A stretch of 64,000 nt of DNA from positions 1,312,001 through 1,376,000 of the forward strand of contig OZ245842.1 in the NCBI GenBank assembly GCA_965228895.1, in the 5' to 3' direction. A program made the translations under genes and the position numbers. Below the pieces are notes generated by a model. It did not search any database. It saw only the letters and a list, made by a program, of their open reading frames with translations, and had not been told where the DNA came from. How positions within the stretch are numbered: the first letter of the stretch is position 1; each line of letters starts with the position of its first letter. This DNA comes from Alphaproteobacteria bacterium. Lineage in GTDB: Bacteria; Pseudomonadota; Alphaproteobacteria; SP197. Of this stretch, positions 10,213 through 21,426 are shown piece after piece.

Positions 10213-11472
10213 TCACCGATCGGCAAATCGCATGGCGGCATCGAGCGCCAGGCCCTTTGCAACGCTGCCGAACACATCACCGGCGATGAGACGTCCGTTG
10301 GGAATGGCCGCGGCGATGGTCTGCTGCACGGAAGGCATCCTGGTGGCGCCGCCGGTAAGAAACACCGCAGACACCGTGTCCGGTGTGACGCCAGCCATCT
10401 GCAGCACATCATCGATTCGCGATCGAATCCGAAGGAGGCTGTCGGTGACGGCTGCCTCGAGCTGAGATCGATCGATCTCCAGGGACATGCCGCCGGCACA
10501 ATCGGCGAAGTTCAGCATGGTACGATCGGCTTGCGACAGTTCGACCTTGGCACCCTCGACGCCTGCCAACAGTTCGTGGCCTTTACGCTGCTCGAGCACG
10601 GCCAGCAACCGCTTGATCTTCTCCGGCTCTGCTGAATCCCGCAGGACGCCACGGACCTCGGTCAGCAGCTTGGGATCGTAAAGAAAGTTGATTCGGTGCC
10701 AGGTGGCGAGATCGTGAAAGTACCACGATGGCGCAACCAGTCCGTCGCGGCGGAGGTGGCTACGCAGTCCGAACGCCGGCATGACACGCGCTAACGCTAA
10801 CTGTTTGTCGAAATCCGTGCCGCCGATGTGCACGCCGGCGAACCCAAGAATATCCTGGCGCCGGTCGCTTGATCGCGCACGCTCGGGCGAGACCCGCACG
10901 ACGGAGAAGTCAGAGGTGCCGCCGCCGATGTCGGCGACGAACGCGATCTGCTCAGAGCTGACGCTCTGCTCGTAGTCGAGGGCAGCCGCGATCGGCTCCA
11001 ACTGAAACGCGATACTCTCGAAGCCCGCAGCCCGGGCAGCGGCCTCAAGTTGCCGCTCGGCCGCGGCATCGGCTTCAGCATCGTCGTCGACAAAGAAAGC
11101 CGGACGACCGAGGACGACACTTGTCGGTGGCGCGCCAAGACTCCGGCTGGCCGCAGAGCGCAAGAAGCCGAGATAGGCGGCGATGATCTCGTCAAAACCA
11201 TAGCGCCTTCGCTTGATCTGGGTGGTTTCATCAAACAGTTGGGTGCCGAGCAGGCTCTTGATCGCGCGCATGTAGCGGCCTGTCTCGTGCGCGAAGTAGC
11301 GTTCGAGCGCTTCGTGGCCGAAGGTTGTCGAATCGTCATCGAAACTGAAGAACAGCGCCGTCGGCACCGACGTCGTGCCATCCTGGATCGCCAGCAGATG
11401 GGGTTGCCCAGCGTTGCAGATGCCGATGGAAGAGTTCGAGGTCCCAAAATCAATGCCGCATGCAAGGGTCAT
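10213..11472 (-). CDS. Hsp70 family protein, YegD-like (no substrate-binding domain)
   Basis: GIDFGTSNS, EPIAAA, DIGGGTSDFS, HIGGTDFD, FLTGG and FGSVAKGLA; about 419 aa. Confidence 0.9.
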   Translation of the reverse strand: MTLACGIDFGTSNSSIGICNAGQPHLLAIQDGTTSVPTALFFSFDDDSTTFGHEALERYFAHETGRYMRAIKSLLGTQLFDETTQIKRRRYGFDEIIAAYLGFLRSAASRSLGAPPTSVVLGRPAFFVDDDAEADAAAERQLEAAARAAGFESIAFQLEPIAAALDYEQSVSSEQIAFVADIGGGTSDFSVVRVSPERARSSDRRQDILGFAGVHIGGTDFDKQLALARVMPAFGLRSHLRRDGLVAPSWYFHDLATWHRINFLYDPKLLTEVRGVLRDSAEPEKIKRLLAVLEQRKGHELLAGVEGAKVELSQADRTMLNFADCAGGMSLEIDRSQLEAAVTDSLLRIRSRIDDVLQMAGVTPDTVSAVFLTGGATRMPSVQQTIAAAIPNGRLIAGDVFGSVAKGLALDAAMRFADR

Positions 11473-11767
11473 GGTCTGTGCTCCGGTCATCGTTTCCAGC
11501 AAGTGAGAAGGCGCGGGACTCTCGGCAGATTTTGACCCTTCACAAGTCTCCAATTTCACCTTAAAATCCGGCGCATCCGGAAAATTGAAAAGCATGTGGC
11601 GGGCTCGGGCGAACGCGGGTCCGGCGTCGATCTGTCACCGCGAATTCGTTGGCTGATCATCGCTCGGGCCGCATCGGCGCGCCGCAAGAACCGGGTGGTC
11701 GCCGACGTCGTGGCTACCAGATCAACATGGCAGACCCTTGAACCAAGAGTTCGGATCGGAGGACGCC

Positions 11768-12175
11768 ATGGTCCACGTCACACTTGCCGACGCCAAAGAT
11801 GTTCTGATTCAGTCCCTGCAAACCGGCATGTCGCCGCTTGGCTTGCCGGCCGCTCTGCTCTTCGAACACGGAAGCTTGAAACTCTATCTCTATGAGCCCA
11901 TCGGCACCGATCAACAGCCGGTCCACGATCAAGACGAGGTCTATATCGTGATGTCGGGGACCGGTCAGTTCGCTATCGGTACGACGGAAGACACCATGGA
12001 GCGCCGCCCGTTCGGCCCCGGCGATGCGATCTTCGCGCCCGCCGGCGCGATTCATCGGTTCGAGGATTTTACCGATGACTTCCAGACCTGGGTCATCATG
12101 TACGGTCCCGGTGGCGGTGAAAGGCCAGTCGCCATGGAGCCCGTGATGTGGCCGGCCGCTGTCACCAGCATGTGA
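11768..12175 (+). CDS. Cupin domain protein
   Basis: DQQPVHDQDEVYIV..G and PAGAIHRFEDFTDDFQTWVIMYGP; RBS GGAGG. Confidence 0.85.
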   Translation: MVHVTLADAKDVLIQSLQTGMSPLGLPAALLFEHGSLKLYLYEPIGTDQQPVHDQDEVYIVMSGTGQFAIGTTEDTMERRPFGPGDAIFAPAGAIHRFEDFTDDFQTWVIMYGPGGGERPVAMEPVMWPAAVTSM

Positions 12176-12203
12176 GTCCTGGGCGTCTCGGCGTCGAGAC
12201 GAT

Positions 12204-13334
12204 CTAACGCCGGGCGATTGCCGTGATGCTGGAGCGGAAACGCAATGCCGCGAACGCAAAGAACGCGCCGCCGATAGCCGCGACCAAGGCGAACTGGGGC
12301 CACACGATGTCGAAGCCGGCGCCGCGATAGAGAATCGCCTGGGCGAAGCTGACGAAGTGGGTCGACGGTACCGCTTGCATCAGGGCCTGCAGGATAGCGG
12401 GCTGGCTTTCGGTCGGCGTGTTGCCGCCCGACAGCAGGTTCATCGGCAAAACGACGAGAACGAAGAGCAAGCCAAATTGCGGCATCGAACGGGCAAGGGT
12501 CGCCAGAAAAATACCGAGTGCCGTGGCGAAGAACAGATAGAGCGCGGTCCCGGCCAGAAACAGCGCGGTGGAACCGGCAATCGGCACCTGCAGGAGTGTT
12601 TCGATCATGATGCCGAGGCACAGCCCGACACCGACCAGAACGACCAGGCCGTTCGCCCAAACCTTGGCCATCATGATCTCGAACGCGGTCAGCGGCATGA
12701 CCAGGAGATGTTCGATCGTGCCGTGTTCGCGCTCGCGGATCAAAGCTGCGCCGGTCAAAAGGATCGCCATCATGGTGACGTTGTCGATCATCTCCATGAC
12801 GCTGGTAAACCAGGAACTCGTCAGGTTGGGGTTAAAGGCATAACGGCTGGCCAGCCGCACGGCCGGTTCGCTCAGCGCGGCGCCGCGATCGGCGAATTTG
12901 GCGATTTCGTTTGCCATGATCCAGGTGATGTATCCTTCGCCGATACCGGCCTGCATCATCGAGGTCGCGTCGATGTCGATCTGAACCTCGGGCCGGCGCC
13001 CGGCCAGAACGTCGGCCTCGAAGTTCGGTGGAAAAACGACGGCAAAGGTATAGCGCCCGGCTTCCATGGCCGCGTCGATCTCGTTGAAGTCGATCAGAAC
13101 GGGTTCATTGAAATAGGGCGGCAGGAATGCGTCGCGGATGCGCATGGAGAGCTGGGAGCGATCCTCGTCGACGATGGCGATCGCGGCGTTGTTGAGGTCG
13201 TGGGACACGCCGGTCGCCGCCGAATAGATCGAGAGTGAAAAACTCCAGACGATCAAACCCATCAGGACGGCGTCGCGGCGCAGACTGAACAGCTCCTTGA
13301 TGCCGAGCCGAAAGATGTTCTCCAGACGCTTCAT
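12204..13334 (-). CDS. yhhJ: ABC-2 type permease, YhhJ-like
   Basis: RLGIKELFSL, DEDRSQLS, LIREREHGTIEHLLVMP and ARSMPQFGLL; follows rbbA. Confidence 0.88.
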   Translation of the reverse strand: MKRLENIFRLGIKELFSLRRDAVLMGLIVWSFSLSIYSAATGVSHDLNNAAIAIVDEDRSQLSMRIRDAFLPPYFNEPVLIDFNEIDAAMEAGRYTFAVVFPPNFEADVLAGRRPEVQIDIDATSMMQAGIGEGYITWIMANEIAKFADRGAALSEPAVRLASRYAFNPNLTSSWFTSVMEMIDNVTMMAILLTGAALIREREHGTIEHLLVMPLTAFEIMMAKVWANGLVVLVGVGLCLGIMIETLLQVPIAGSTALFLAGTALYLFFATALGIFLATLARSMPQFGLLFVLVVLPMNLLSGGNTPTESQPAILQALMQAVPSTHFVSFAQAILYRGAGFDIVWPQFALVAAIGGAFFAFAALRFRSSITAIARR

Positions 13335-13336
13335 GA

Positions 13337-16063
13337 TCAGCGTTCCTGCTTTCTGAGCAGGAGCATGCTCAGAAGCGTCAGGGCCGGGAAGAACAGGGCA
13401 AGGGCCAGAAAGTCCGGCGCCAGCTCCTGGAACCCGAGCGCTTTGGTGAAGGTGCCCAGACTGATGATCATGAAATAGGTCGTCGGGAAAAACTCGCCGA
13501 CAATGGCCGCGCCGCCTTCCAGCGTCGAGACCGGTTGCATCATGCCGGAGAACTGGGTTGCCGGCAGCATGGTCGCAATCGCGGTGCCGAACAGCGCGGC
13601 GATCTGGGTGCGGGTGAAGGCCGAGACAAGCAGGCCGAGACCGGTCGTTGCGATGACATAGAGCAGGGCGCCGACGGTCAACGCCAGAAAGCTGCCCTTG
13701 ATCGGCACACCAAAGACCAGGACAGCGATGGCGACAAGCAGCGCGTAGTTGATCATGCCGACGCCGACATAAGGCAGTTGTTTGCCGAGCAGAAACTCGA
13801 GCCGTGTCACCGGCGTGACATAGAGATTGGTGATCGAGCCGAGCTCCTTCTCCCGCACCACGCCGAGCGCCATCAGGATCGATGGAATGAAGATCAAGAG
13901 GAGCGCGATGGTCGTCGGAACCATGGAGAAGATGCTGCGGAAGTCCTGGTTATAGAGATAACGCGGCTGGATATCGGCGAGCGCGCCGCCGGGTTCGCCG
14001 CCGATATCGCGGCGCCATAATTCGACGAGGTAGTGCTGGTGAATACCCTCGACGTAGCCGCGGATGGTTTCGGCGCGGAACGGCATGGCGCCGTCGATGC
14101 GTGCGCCGATTTCCGGTTCGCGCCCCTGTATGAGCTCCTTGCCGAAGCCGGGCGGTATCTCGATGGCGAGCGTGATGTCGTTGGCGATCAGTCGGCGATC
14201 CATTTCCGCGTAATCGGCAAGTGGCGCCTGCTCCAGGAAGTAACGCGAACCCGCGAGGCCTTCCAGGTAGGTTCGGCTTTGCGGCGTCTGGTCGCGGTCG
14301 AGTGCCGCATAGGTCAGGCCTTCGACGTCAAACGTGATGCCGTAGCCGAAGACCAGCATCAAAATCGCGGTCCCGAGCAGCGCGAACGAGAGTCTAATGG
14401 GGTCGCGCCGCAACTCGACGGCCTCGCGCCGGCTGTAGGCCAGGAGCCGGCGCCCGCTCAGCCCGTCCGTCCGATGACGCTTTCGTGCTGGCGTCGTGGA
14501 TTGTGACTTGGTGACGGCTGGTGTCTGATCGCTCTCCTTTTCCAAGAGCGTAATGAAGGCGGATTCCAGCGTTTCGACGCCCTGGTCCGCCATCAGCGCG
14601 GCGGGCGTACCGCTGGCCAGCACCTTGCCGGCGTCCATCAGCGAGATGCGGTCGCACCGCTCGGCTTCGTTCATGAAGTGTGTCGAGATGAAGATCGTGA
14701 CGCCGTCATTGCGCGAAAGACGGACCAGCAGTTCCCAGAACCTGTCTCGTGCCATCGGGTCGACACCTGACGTTGGTTCGTCAAGGATCAGGATCTCCGG
14801 CCGGTGGATGACGGCAACCGCCAGCGACAGACGTTGACGCACGCCAAGCGGCAGTTTCTGGGCGAGCTTGTCCATGTCGTCTTCAAGGCCGAACTGCTCG
14901 GCGAGTTCGGTAATGCGCGGGGCGATCTGGTCACGCGGCAAATGAAACAGCCGCGCATGCAGATCAAGGTTCTGGCGGACCGTCAGCTCGGCATAGAGAG
15001 AGAACGACTGCGACATGTAGCCGACGCGTTTGCGCGTCTCCAGGTCGTGCGACTTGACCTGCTCGCCAAACAGCCATGCCTGGCCTTCTGATGCTGGCAG
15101 CAGACCGGTCAGCACTTTCATTGTCGTCGTCTTGCCGCAGCCGTTGGATCCGAGGAAGCCGAAAATTTCGCCGGTCTCGATCGTGAAGCTGACATCGTCG
15201 ACGGCGGTGAAGTCGCCAAACCGGCGGGTCAGGTGGGATGCCGCGATCGCCGGCGCGCCATCGTGTTCAACGCGTTCGGGAATGGAGAGCGTGCGATAAC
15301 CGTCGCGCCGATCTTCGGGCAGCAGGGCGACAAACGCAGCCTCCAAGTCTTCCGCCCCCGTCTCGGCCATGATGTCGGCGGGTCGGCCGGTCTTCAGCAC
15401 GGCGCCACGGTCCATCACCACCAGCCAGTCGAACCGCTCGGCCTCTTCCATATAGGCGGTCGCGACGAGAACGCTGATGTCGGGCTGGCGCGCGCGCATG
15501 CGCTCGATCAGTTCCCAGAACTGGCGCCTTGAAAGCGGATCGACGCCGGTGGTCGGCTCGTCGAGGATCAGGAGATCGGGGTCGTGAATCAACGCGCAGC
15601 ACAGGCCGAGCTTTTGTTTCATGCCGCCCGACAACTTGCCGGCGAGCCGATCGGGAAACGGATCAAGCCCGGTGCTTTCCAGCAACTCGGTTATTCTCTC
15701 CTCGCGCTCGCGCGGATCCTGGTCGAAGAGGCGGCCGAAGAACGCAAGGTTCTCAGCGACCGTCAGGTCCATGTAGAGGTTTTTGCCAAGTCCTTGCGGC
15801 ATATAGGCAATTCGGGGGCAGACGGCCTTGCGGTGTCCCTTTCGTCCCATGTCCCCGCCCAGGACGTCGACCGTGCCTGACTGCAATCGCCGCGCGCCGG
15901 CAACCAGGCCGAGCAGCGTCGACTTGCCAACGCCATCGGGCCCAACGAGGCCGACCATGGTACCGGCCGGCAGATCGATCGTGACGTCGCGAAGGGCCGT
16001 CGTTTTGCCGTAGCGGTGGCTGACGGCCTTCAGCCGCGCGACGGCTCCGGCCGCCGCCGTCAT
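13337..16063 (-). CDS. rbbA: Ribosome-associated ATPase/putative transporter RbbA (two ABC domains plus permease)
   Basis: [35 protein letters not shown] and C-terminal [17 protein letters not shown]; ATGA overlap with the upstream HlyD gene. Confidence 0.92.
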   Translation of the reverse strand: MTAAAGAVARLKAVSHRYGKTTALRDVTIDLPAGTMVGLVGPDGVGKSTLLGLVAGARRLQSGTVDVLGGDMGRKGHRKAVCPRIAYMPQGLGKNLYMDLTVAENLAFFGRLFDQDPREREERITELLESTGLDPFPDRLAGKLSGGMKQKLGLCCALIHDPDLLILDEPTTGVDPLSRRQFWELIERMRARQPDISVLVATAYMEEAERFDWLVVMDRGAVLKTGRPADIMAETGAEDLEAAFVALLPEDRRDGYRTLSIPERVEHDGAPAIAASHLTRRFGDFTAVDDVSFTIETGEIFGFLGSNGCGKTTTMKVLTGLLPASEGQAWLFGEQVKSHDLETRKRVGYMSQSFSLYAELTVRQNLDLHARLFHLPRDQIAPRITELAEQFGLEDDMDKLAQKLPLGVRQRLSLAVAVIHRPEILILDEPTSGVDPMARDRFWELLVRLSRNDGVTIFISTHFMNEAERCDRISLMDAGKVLASGTPAALMADQGVETLESAFITLLEKESDQTPAVTKSQSTTPARKRHRTDGLSGRRLLAYSRREAVELRRDPIRLSFALLGTAILMLVFGYGITFDVEGLTYAALDRDQTPQSRTYLEGLAGSRYFLEQAPLADYAEMDRRLIANDITLAIEIPPGFGKELIQGREPEIGARIDGAMPFRAETIRGYVEGIHQHYLVELWRRDIGGEPGGALADIQPRYLYNQDFRSIFSMVPTTIALLLIFIPSILMALGVVREKELGSITNLYVTPVTRLEFLLGKQLPYVGVGMINYALLVAIAVLVFGVPIKGSFLALTVGALLYVIATTGLGLLVSAFTRTQIAALFGTAIATMLPATQFSGMMQPVSTLEGGAAIVGEFFPTTYFMIISLGTFTKALGFQELAPDFLALALFFPALTLLSMLLLRKQER

Positions 16064-17058
16064 GATCCCGGCGTTGGCGGCAGATTGACGGCAAGTGCCT
16101 CCGGCCACGCGTCACCCACGCCCAACATCACGAACGCTTCGCCTGGCAGGCCGGTTTTGACATGGTCGATATAGAGCTGCAGGAGTTCGGGGTCGATCCG
16201 CACCTTGACGCGGAACATCAGCTTGTCCCGCTCTGACGCCGTCTCGACCTCGCGCGGTGTAAACTGGGCTTCCGACGCGACGAACGAGACGGATGCGGGG
16301 ATAACGTATTGCGGCGCGGCATCCAGGATGATCCGCGCATCCGCGCCGATGGCGACACGGCCGGCCTGCGTGGTCGGCAGAAAGATCGTCATGTAGACCT
16401 CGGTCAGGTCGAGCAACGTGACAACCTTGCCGCCGGCCGGCAGGACCTCGCCCGGTTCGGCGAGGCGGTATTGCACCCGGCCGTCGATCGGTGCTTCCAG
16501 ACAGCAGTCGTCGAGCCGGACCTGCAGGCGCCGTACCTCGGCTTCTGCCGCCTCGACGGCTCGCTCTGCCGCGGCCAAGTGCGCCTTGGCGACATTGAGC
16601 GCGGCCGATGCCGCGTCGCGCTCGCTCAGCCGCTGATCGGCGACACTTTGGGCGATGTGATCGCGTTCGACCAGATACATCGCCCGGTCCAGTTCCTGTT
16701 GGATGAATGTCAGCTCGCTGACACGCAGGGCGATTTCCGCGTGAGCCTCGGCGACACCTTGCTCGGCGCGGGCGACGTCGGCTTCGGCTCTGGCCATGCT
16801 GGCTTCCGTCTCGGCCGAATCGATGCGGGCAAGCACGGTGCCTTCGGCGACCATATCGCCCTCTTGCACAAGGACCTCTTCGACGCGGCCGGCATAGACG
16901 GTCGCGACGTGGACCTCTTCGGCTTCGATCCGGCCGTTTCCGGTCGCGATCCCGTCTGGCAGTGATGGACCGGCAAGGTGGTCGGAGACGACGAGTGCTC
17001 CAACAACAGCGACGGCGACGACAAGTGCCGCCAGCCACATGAGGCTTCGTTTGCTCAT
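16060..17058 (-). CDS. yhiI: HlyD family membrane fusion protein, YhiI-like
   Basis: N-terminal TM anchor, [25 protein letters not shown] and [20 protein letters not shown]. Confidence 0.88.
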   Translation of the reverse strand: MSKRSLMWLAALVVAVAVVGALVVSDHLAGPSLPDGIATGNGRIEAEEVHVATVYAGRVEEVLVQEGDMVAEGTVLARIDSAETEASMARAEADVARAEQGVAEAHAEIALRVSELTFIQQELDRAMYLVERDHIAQSVADQRLSERDAASAALNVAKAHLAAAERAVEAAEAEVRRLQVRLDDCCLEAPIDGRVQYRLAEPGEVLPAGGKVVTLLDLTEVYMTIFLPTTQAGRVAIGADARIILDAAPQYVIPASVSFVASEAQFTPREVETASERDKLMFRVKVRIDPELLQLYIDHVKTGLPGEAFVMLGVGDAWPEALAVNLPPTPGS

Positions 17059-17186
17059 GACCAACCCGATCCGTGGTGAATCAAGCGTCCCGCCCCACCG
17101 GTCGCGATGGGCGGTATCGCTGAGTGTAACGCGCTAATACCGGCGCGTGCACGTCACCGGCATTGATCCGGATCAATTGTGTCGTG

Positions 17187-17552
17187 TTAGTCGGTGGTGG
17201 AAATCCAGTCGGGATCTTCCTGGGCGCGGCGCTCAAATGTCAGGAAGTCATAGTAGCCGCAGCGGCCTTTGCCGGGAAATTCCCGGCAAATCCCTGGCCG
17301 CGCCTCGTAGATCGTACAGCCGCGGGTTTTTTGATCGAGAAACCGGCATATTGTTGTGAAGTGCGGATCGACCTGGTGCCGCAGAATGCGTTCGCCGGGC
17401 TCTTCGCCCTTCTTGGTGAACTTCTTTCTGGCTTCCTGCGTCGACAGGCCATGGTGCTTGGCGAGGCGCTTGATGTCCTTGTCCGTGACGATGATCCGTG
17501 CGTAGGAACAGCAATAGGCCGGACACTTGTTGCAGTTGTACTTACGGCTCAT
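17187..17552 (-). CDS. YkgJ family cysteine cluster protein (CxxCxxCC)
   Basis: CNKCPAYCC...CRFLD....CTIYEARPGICREFP. Confidence 0.88.
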   Translation of the reverse strand: MSRKYNCNKCPAYCCSYARIIVTDKDIKRLAKHHGLSTQEARKKFTKKGEEPGERILRHQVDPHFTTICRFLDQKTRGCTIYEARPGICREFPGKGRCGYYDFLTFERRAQEDPDWISTTD

Positions 17553-17784
17553 GACCACACTCTCCGCGAAAAACGCCATGCCCGGCGACGGGCGCTAATG
17601 TGCCACGCACACTGCTTGACCGCCAAAAAACTTGCGAGTGTTTTCTGACGACCTGTCCCCAGAACGGACCCGATTGTCCCTGGCTGGTCGTTTATCTTTC
17701 GGATGAGATCAATGTCAACGCGTCTGAAGGCAGTTGTGTCCACGCGACTGGTGACTACGATTGCGTTGCACGTGAGGGGGACCG

Positions 17785-18966
17785 ATGGCGAACACCGAAC
17801 CGCGCTTCGAGACAAGCGAGTATGCCGAGCGGCTGGCGAAAGTTCGCGGCGCGATGGAAGGCGCCGGCATCGAACTTTTGGTCGTCACCGATCCGTCGAA
17901 CATGGCGTGGCTGACCGGTTATGACGGCTGGTCGTTCTATGTCCACCAATGCGTCTTGGTGGCGGGCGACGGTCTGCCCATCTGGTTCGGCCGCGGCATG
18001 GATGGCCAAGGCGCCAAACGTACGGTCTACATGGATGACGATCACATCATCGGTTATCCCGACAACTACGTGCAGTCACGCGAACGTCACCCGATGGATT
18101 TCCTGTCAGCGATCATCGACGAGAAGGGCTGGAGTAGTGGGTCCATCGGCGTCGAGATGGACAACTACTACTTTTCCGCTGCTTGCTATCGATCGTTGAC
18201 GCAGCACTTGCCCAACGCGACGTTCGGCGATGCGACCGGCCTGGTGAATTGGCAACGCGCGGTCAAGTCTAAGACCGAACTCGCCTATATGAAAATAGCC
18301 GCCAGCATCGTTGACGCCATGCATGCCCGTATCCTCGAGCGCATGGAGCCGGGCATGCGCAAGAACGATCTGGTCGCCGATATCTATGAGGCCGGTATTC
18401 GCGGTGTCGACGGCCACGGCGGCGACTATCCGGCGATCGTTCCGATGCTGCCGACCGGCCCGGATGCCTCAGCGCCCCATTTGACCTGGGACGACAAGCC
18501 GCTGGAGACGGGCGCCGGGACTTTTTTCGAGATCGCCGGCTGTTATCACCGCTATCAATGCCCGTTGTCGCGCACGGTCTATCTGGGCAAACCGCCGCAG
18601 GCCTTTCTGGATGCCGAGCAGGCGATGCTGGAGGGTATCGAAGCGGCGCTGGATGCCGCGCGCACCGGCAATACCTGCGAGATGGTCGAGGCTGCGTGGC
18701 GCCAAGCCATCGCGCGCCACGGTCTGGAGAAGGAAAGCCGCTGCGGCTATGCCATCGGCTTGAGCTACCCGCCGGATTGGGGCGAGCGGACCATGAGTTT
18801 CCGGCCCGGCGACATGTCGGAACTGAAGACTGACATGACCTTTCATTTCATGCCGGCACTGTGGTTCGACGACTGGGGCATCGAGATCAGCGAGAGCATT
18901 CGCATTGACGAGCGCGGTGGTGAACCGCTCTGCAGGACGCCGCGCAGGCTCTTCATTAAGAGCTAG
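17785..18966 (+). CDS. doeA: Ectoine hydrolase DoeA/EutD-like M24 family protein
   Basis: DPSNMAWLTGYDGWSFYVHQ, HPMDFL, GGDYPAIVP, APHLTW, YPPDWGERTMS and TFHFMPALW. Confidence 0.82.
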   Translation: MANTEPRFETSEYAERLAKVRGAMEGAGIELLVVTDPSNMAWLTGYDGWSFYVHQCVLVAGDGLPIWFGRGMDGQGAKRTVYMDDDHIIGYPDNYVQSRERHPMDFLSAIIDEKGWSSGSIGVEMDNYYFSAACYRSLTQHLPNATFGDATGLVNWQRAVKSKTELAYMKIAASIVDAMHARILERMEPGMRKNDLVADIYEAGIRGVDGHGGDYPAIVPMLPTGPDASAPHLTWDDKPLETGAGTFFEIAGCYHRYQCPLSRTVYLGKPPQAFLDAEQAMLEGIEAALDAARTGNTCEMVEAAWRQAIARHGLEKESRCGYAIGLSYPPDWGERTMSFRPGDMSELKTDMTFHFMPALWFDDWGIEISESIRIDERGGEPLCRTPRRLFIKS

Positions 18967-18992
18967 ACGCCAACTCCGGCCGGATAGACCTT

Positions 18993-20189
18993 TCACGTCC
19001 GTTCGATCATTTCCAGGAGCGCTTGCGGGTCATCCGCAAGTTCCAGGTTCGCACGCACGGTCATGTCGCGTTGCTTGAGGCGATGACGATAGGCCGGCGG
19101 ATAAAGATCAAGATGGTTCCCCATGCCCAGTTCGCGGGCGGCATCGACTGGCCAGTCCGCGCGCGCCATCAGCTCCCGCGCCATGGCGATCAGGTCGGCC
19201 TGGCCATGTCGCAGAATGGTCTCGGCTTGCTGTGCCTCGGTGATCAAGCCGACCGCCATGGTCGCGATGTCGGCATCACGCCTAATCGTCTCGGCGAAAC
19301 CGACCTGATAGCCGGGCAGGCGCACCAAAGGTGGCATGGCGCTATCGCCGTGAAACCCACCTGACGAGCAGTCAATGACATCGACACCGCAGTCTTTCAG
19401 TGCGCGGGCAAGCGCTACCGTGTCATCGAGGTCCCACACACCGCCCGGACCGTCGATGCAGGACGCGCGATAGAAGAGCGGCTTGTCGTCGGGCCACGCG
19501 GCCCGCACCGCGCGCGCGACGTCCAACGCGAAACGCATGCGGTTGTCACGGCTGCCGCCATAGTCATCATCGCGCTGGTTGGCGATCGGCGACAGGAACT
19601 GGTGGATCAGGTAGCCGTGGGCGCCGTGGATCTCACAGATCTCAAAATCCGCCTCCGCGGCGCGGCGCGCGGCTTCGGCGAAGGCGGTGATGACGGTGTC
19701 GATGTCGCCCTTGTCCATGGCGTGCGGCAAGGGTCGGCCCGGTTCGCCCGGCAAGGCGCTCGGCGCAAGGGTCGTCCATGGCGGACATCCGTCGCGGGCA
19801 TCCCGTTCGGTCAGCGGGGCCCAGTCGTGCATGGCGTCATGACACGAGCCCTTGCGTCCGCTATGACCGAGTTGGATGGCCGGTACCGCTTCCAGGCTTT
19901 TCAACAGAGCAGTGATACGCCGGTAGGTGGGGATCTGCCGGTCATCCCACAAACCGGCGCAGCGGTAGGTCTTGCGGCCGCGCGCCTCGACGGCGGTCTC
20001 TTCACAGAAAACGATGCCCGCGCCGCCAATGGCAAACCGTACGAGGTGGGCGAGGTGCCAATCGGTCGGCGTGCCGTCATCGGACGCGTACTGGCACATG
20101 GGCGAGACAACGATCCGGTTGCGCGCGGTAACCCCGCGCAAACGAATCGGCCTGAACAGCAGGGCATCGCCTGTGCCGGTGTCACTCAT
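18993..20189 (-). CDS. NADH:flavin oxidoreductase, Old Yellow Enzyme (YqjM/NamA-like)
   Basis: NRIVVSPMCQY, IQLGHSGRK, EIHGAHGYLIHQFLSP, RDDDYGGS and PGYQV. Confidence 0.9.
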   Translation of the reverse strand: MSDTGTGDALLFRPIRLRGVTARNRIVVSPMCQYASDDGTPTDWHLAHLVRFAIGGAGIVFCEETAVEARGRKTYRCAGLWDDRQIPTYRRITALLKSLEAVPAIQLGHSGRKGSCHDAMHDWAPLTERDARDGCPPWTTLAPSALPGEPGRPLPHAMDKGDIDTVITAFAEAARRAAEADFEICEIHGAHGYLIHQFLSPIANQRDDDYGGSRDNRMRFALDVARAVRAAWPDDKPLFYRASCIDGPGGVWDLDDTVALARALKDCGVDVIDCSSGGFHGDSAMPPLVRLPGYQVGFAETIRRDADIATMAVGLITEAQQAETILRHGQADLIAMARELMARADWPVDAARELGMGNHLDLYPPAYRHRLKQRDMTVRANLELADDPQALLEMIERT

Positions 20190-20231
20190 TGAACGCGATC
20201 GGGTCCAGCCATCGCGCCGATCATACCGCCA

Positions 20232-21413
20232 TCACGGCAGAAGTGCTGTTTCGAAGGGAAATGCGCTCATGACGTCGCAGCCCGTCTCGGTCACCAGAAC
20301 CTGTTGCTCCAGCTTGACCCCTTGGCCGCCGTGTTCGGAGCCGATGAAACTCTCGATGCAGATGACCATCCCGGCCTCAAGCCGGCCTTCGGTGCCCAGC
20401 TTTTCCCAGTCGCAAGGATAGGGGATCACCGGCCACTCATCGCCCATGCCGATGCCATGCGCCATGATATCGTAACGGTGGCGGACGAACTCGTCGGGCA
20501 GCTGCCAGCTCTTGTCCGAGAGCTCACGGAATTCAATGCCCGCTTTGACAAGGTCAAGGTTGAACGTGAGTTTTTCATACGCCAGGCCGTAGAGGCGTTT
20601 GTGCTCGTGCGTGGGCGGGGTGTCGCCACACAGAAACGTGCGTGAGACGTCGGCGCTGTAGCCCTCGGGGCCGATCATGCCGCAATCGAAGGCGAGGAAT
20701 TCGCCGTCGGCGATTTTGCGCGGCCCACATTGCTGGCCCCAGGGGTTGGCGTGGTCGCCCGCCGCCATCAGCCGATACTCGATCCAGCCGCCGCCCATTT
20801 CGATATTGGTCTGTTGCAGAATGGCGAACATGTCGTTTTCGCTGACACCAGGCACGAGCGCGTCGTGAATTCGACCCATGGCGATGTCGGCGACGGCGAC
20901 CGAGTTCTTAAGGCAGGCGACTTCATCCGGCGATTTGATCGCGGTGGCCTGCTCGACCAGCCGCTCGGCACTGATGATGTCGAATCCCTCAGCCGCGAGC
21001 GCCGTATAGGCGTGCGGTTCAATGAGGTCGACAGCGATACGGTTGCCGCCGCTCTTTTCGCGGATGCAGTCCGCAACGAGCCCGGACCAGATCCCCGCAT
21101 TCCTGTCGGTCAGCTCACCGGCTGGAAAGTAGGTATAGGTCGGAGACGGTCGGATTTCGTCGACGGTATTCAGGTCTGACGGTCGCGTTTGTCCATGGGT
21201 TACGGTGAAGATCGTCGCCAGCCCTTCTGCCGGTACGACGGCGCAGCGGGCGGGCGTGTGCATGTTGAAGATCATGGCGTCGTCGAGGCCGGTCGCGTAT
21301 CGGGCGTTGACTGGGTTGAGCAACACGGCCGCGGCGCAGTTATGGCGCTTGAGTTCGGTCTGCAGGCGGCCCAGGCGGTAGGCCTGCATGCGGTCGAGAT
21401 CGAAGTCGTGCAT
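20232..21413 (-). CDS. M24 metallopeptidase-fold protein, DddP/Xaa-Pro peptidase-like
   Basis: RMQAYRLGRL N-terminus, IKSPDE, NPW, and metal ligands in AFDCG, SADVSRT, AHGIGM.DEWP, CIESFIG and VKLEQQV. Confidence 0.8.
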   Translation of the reverse strand: MHDFDLDRMQAYRLGRLQTELKRHNCAAAVLLNPVNARYATGLDDAMIFNMHTPARCAVVPAEGLATIFTVTHGQTRPSDLNTVDEIRPSPTYTYFPAGELTDRNAGIWSGLVADCIREKSGGNRIAVDLIEPHAYTALAAEGFDIISAERLVEQATAIKSPDEVACLKNSVAVADIAMGRIHDALVPGVSENDMFAILQQTNIEMGGGWIEYRLMAAGDHANPWGQQCGPRKIADGEFLAFDCGMIGPEGYSADVSRTFLCGDTPPTHEHKRLYGLAYEKLTFNLDLVKAGIEFRELSDKSWQLPDEFVRHRYDIMAHGIGMGDEWPVIPYPCDWEKLGTEGRLEAGMVICIESFIGSEHGGQGVKLEQQVLVTETGCDVMSAFPFETALLP

Positions 21414-21426
21414 GGTTGATTCCCCG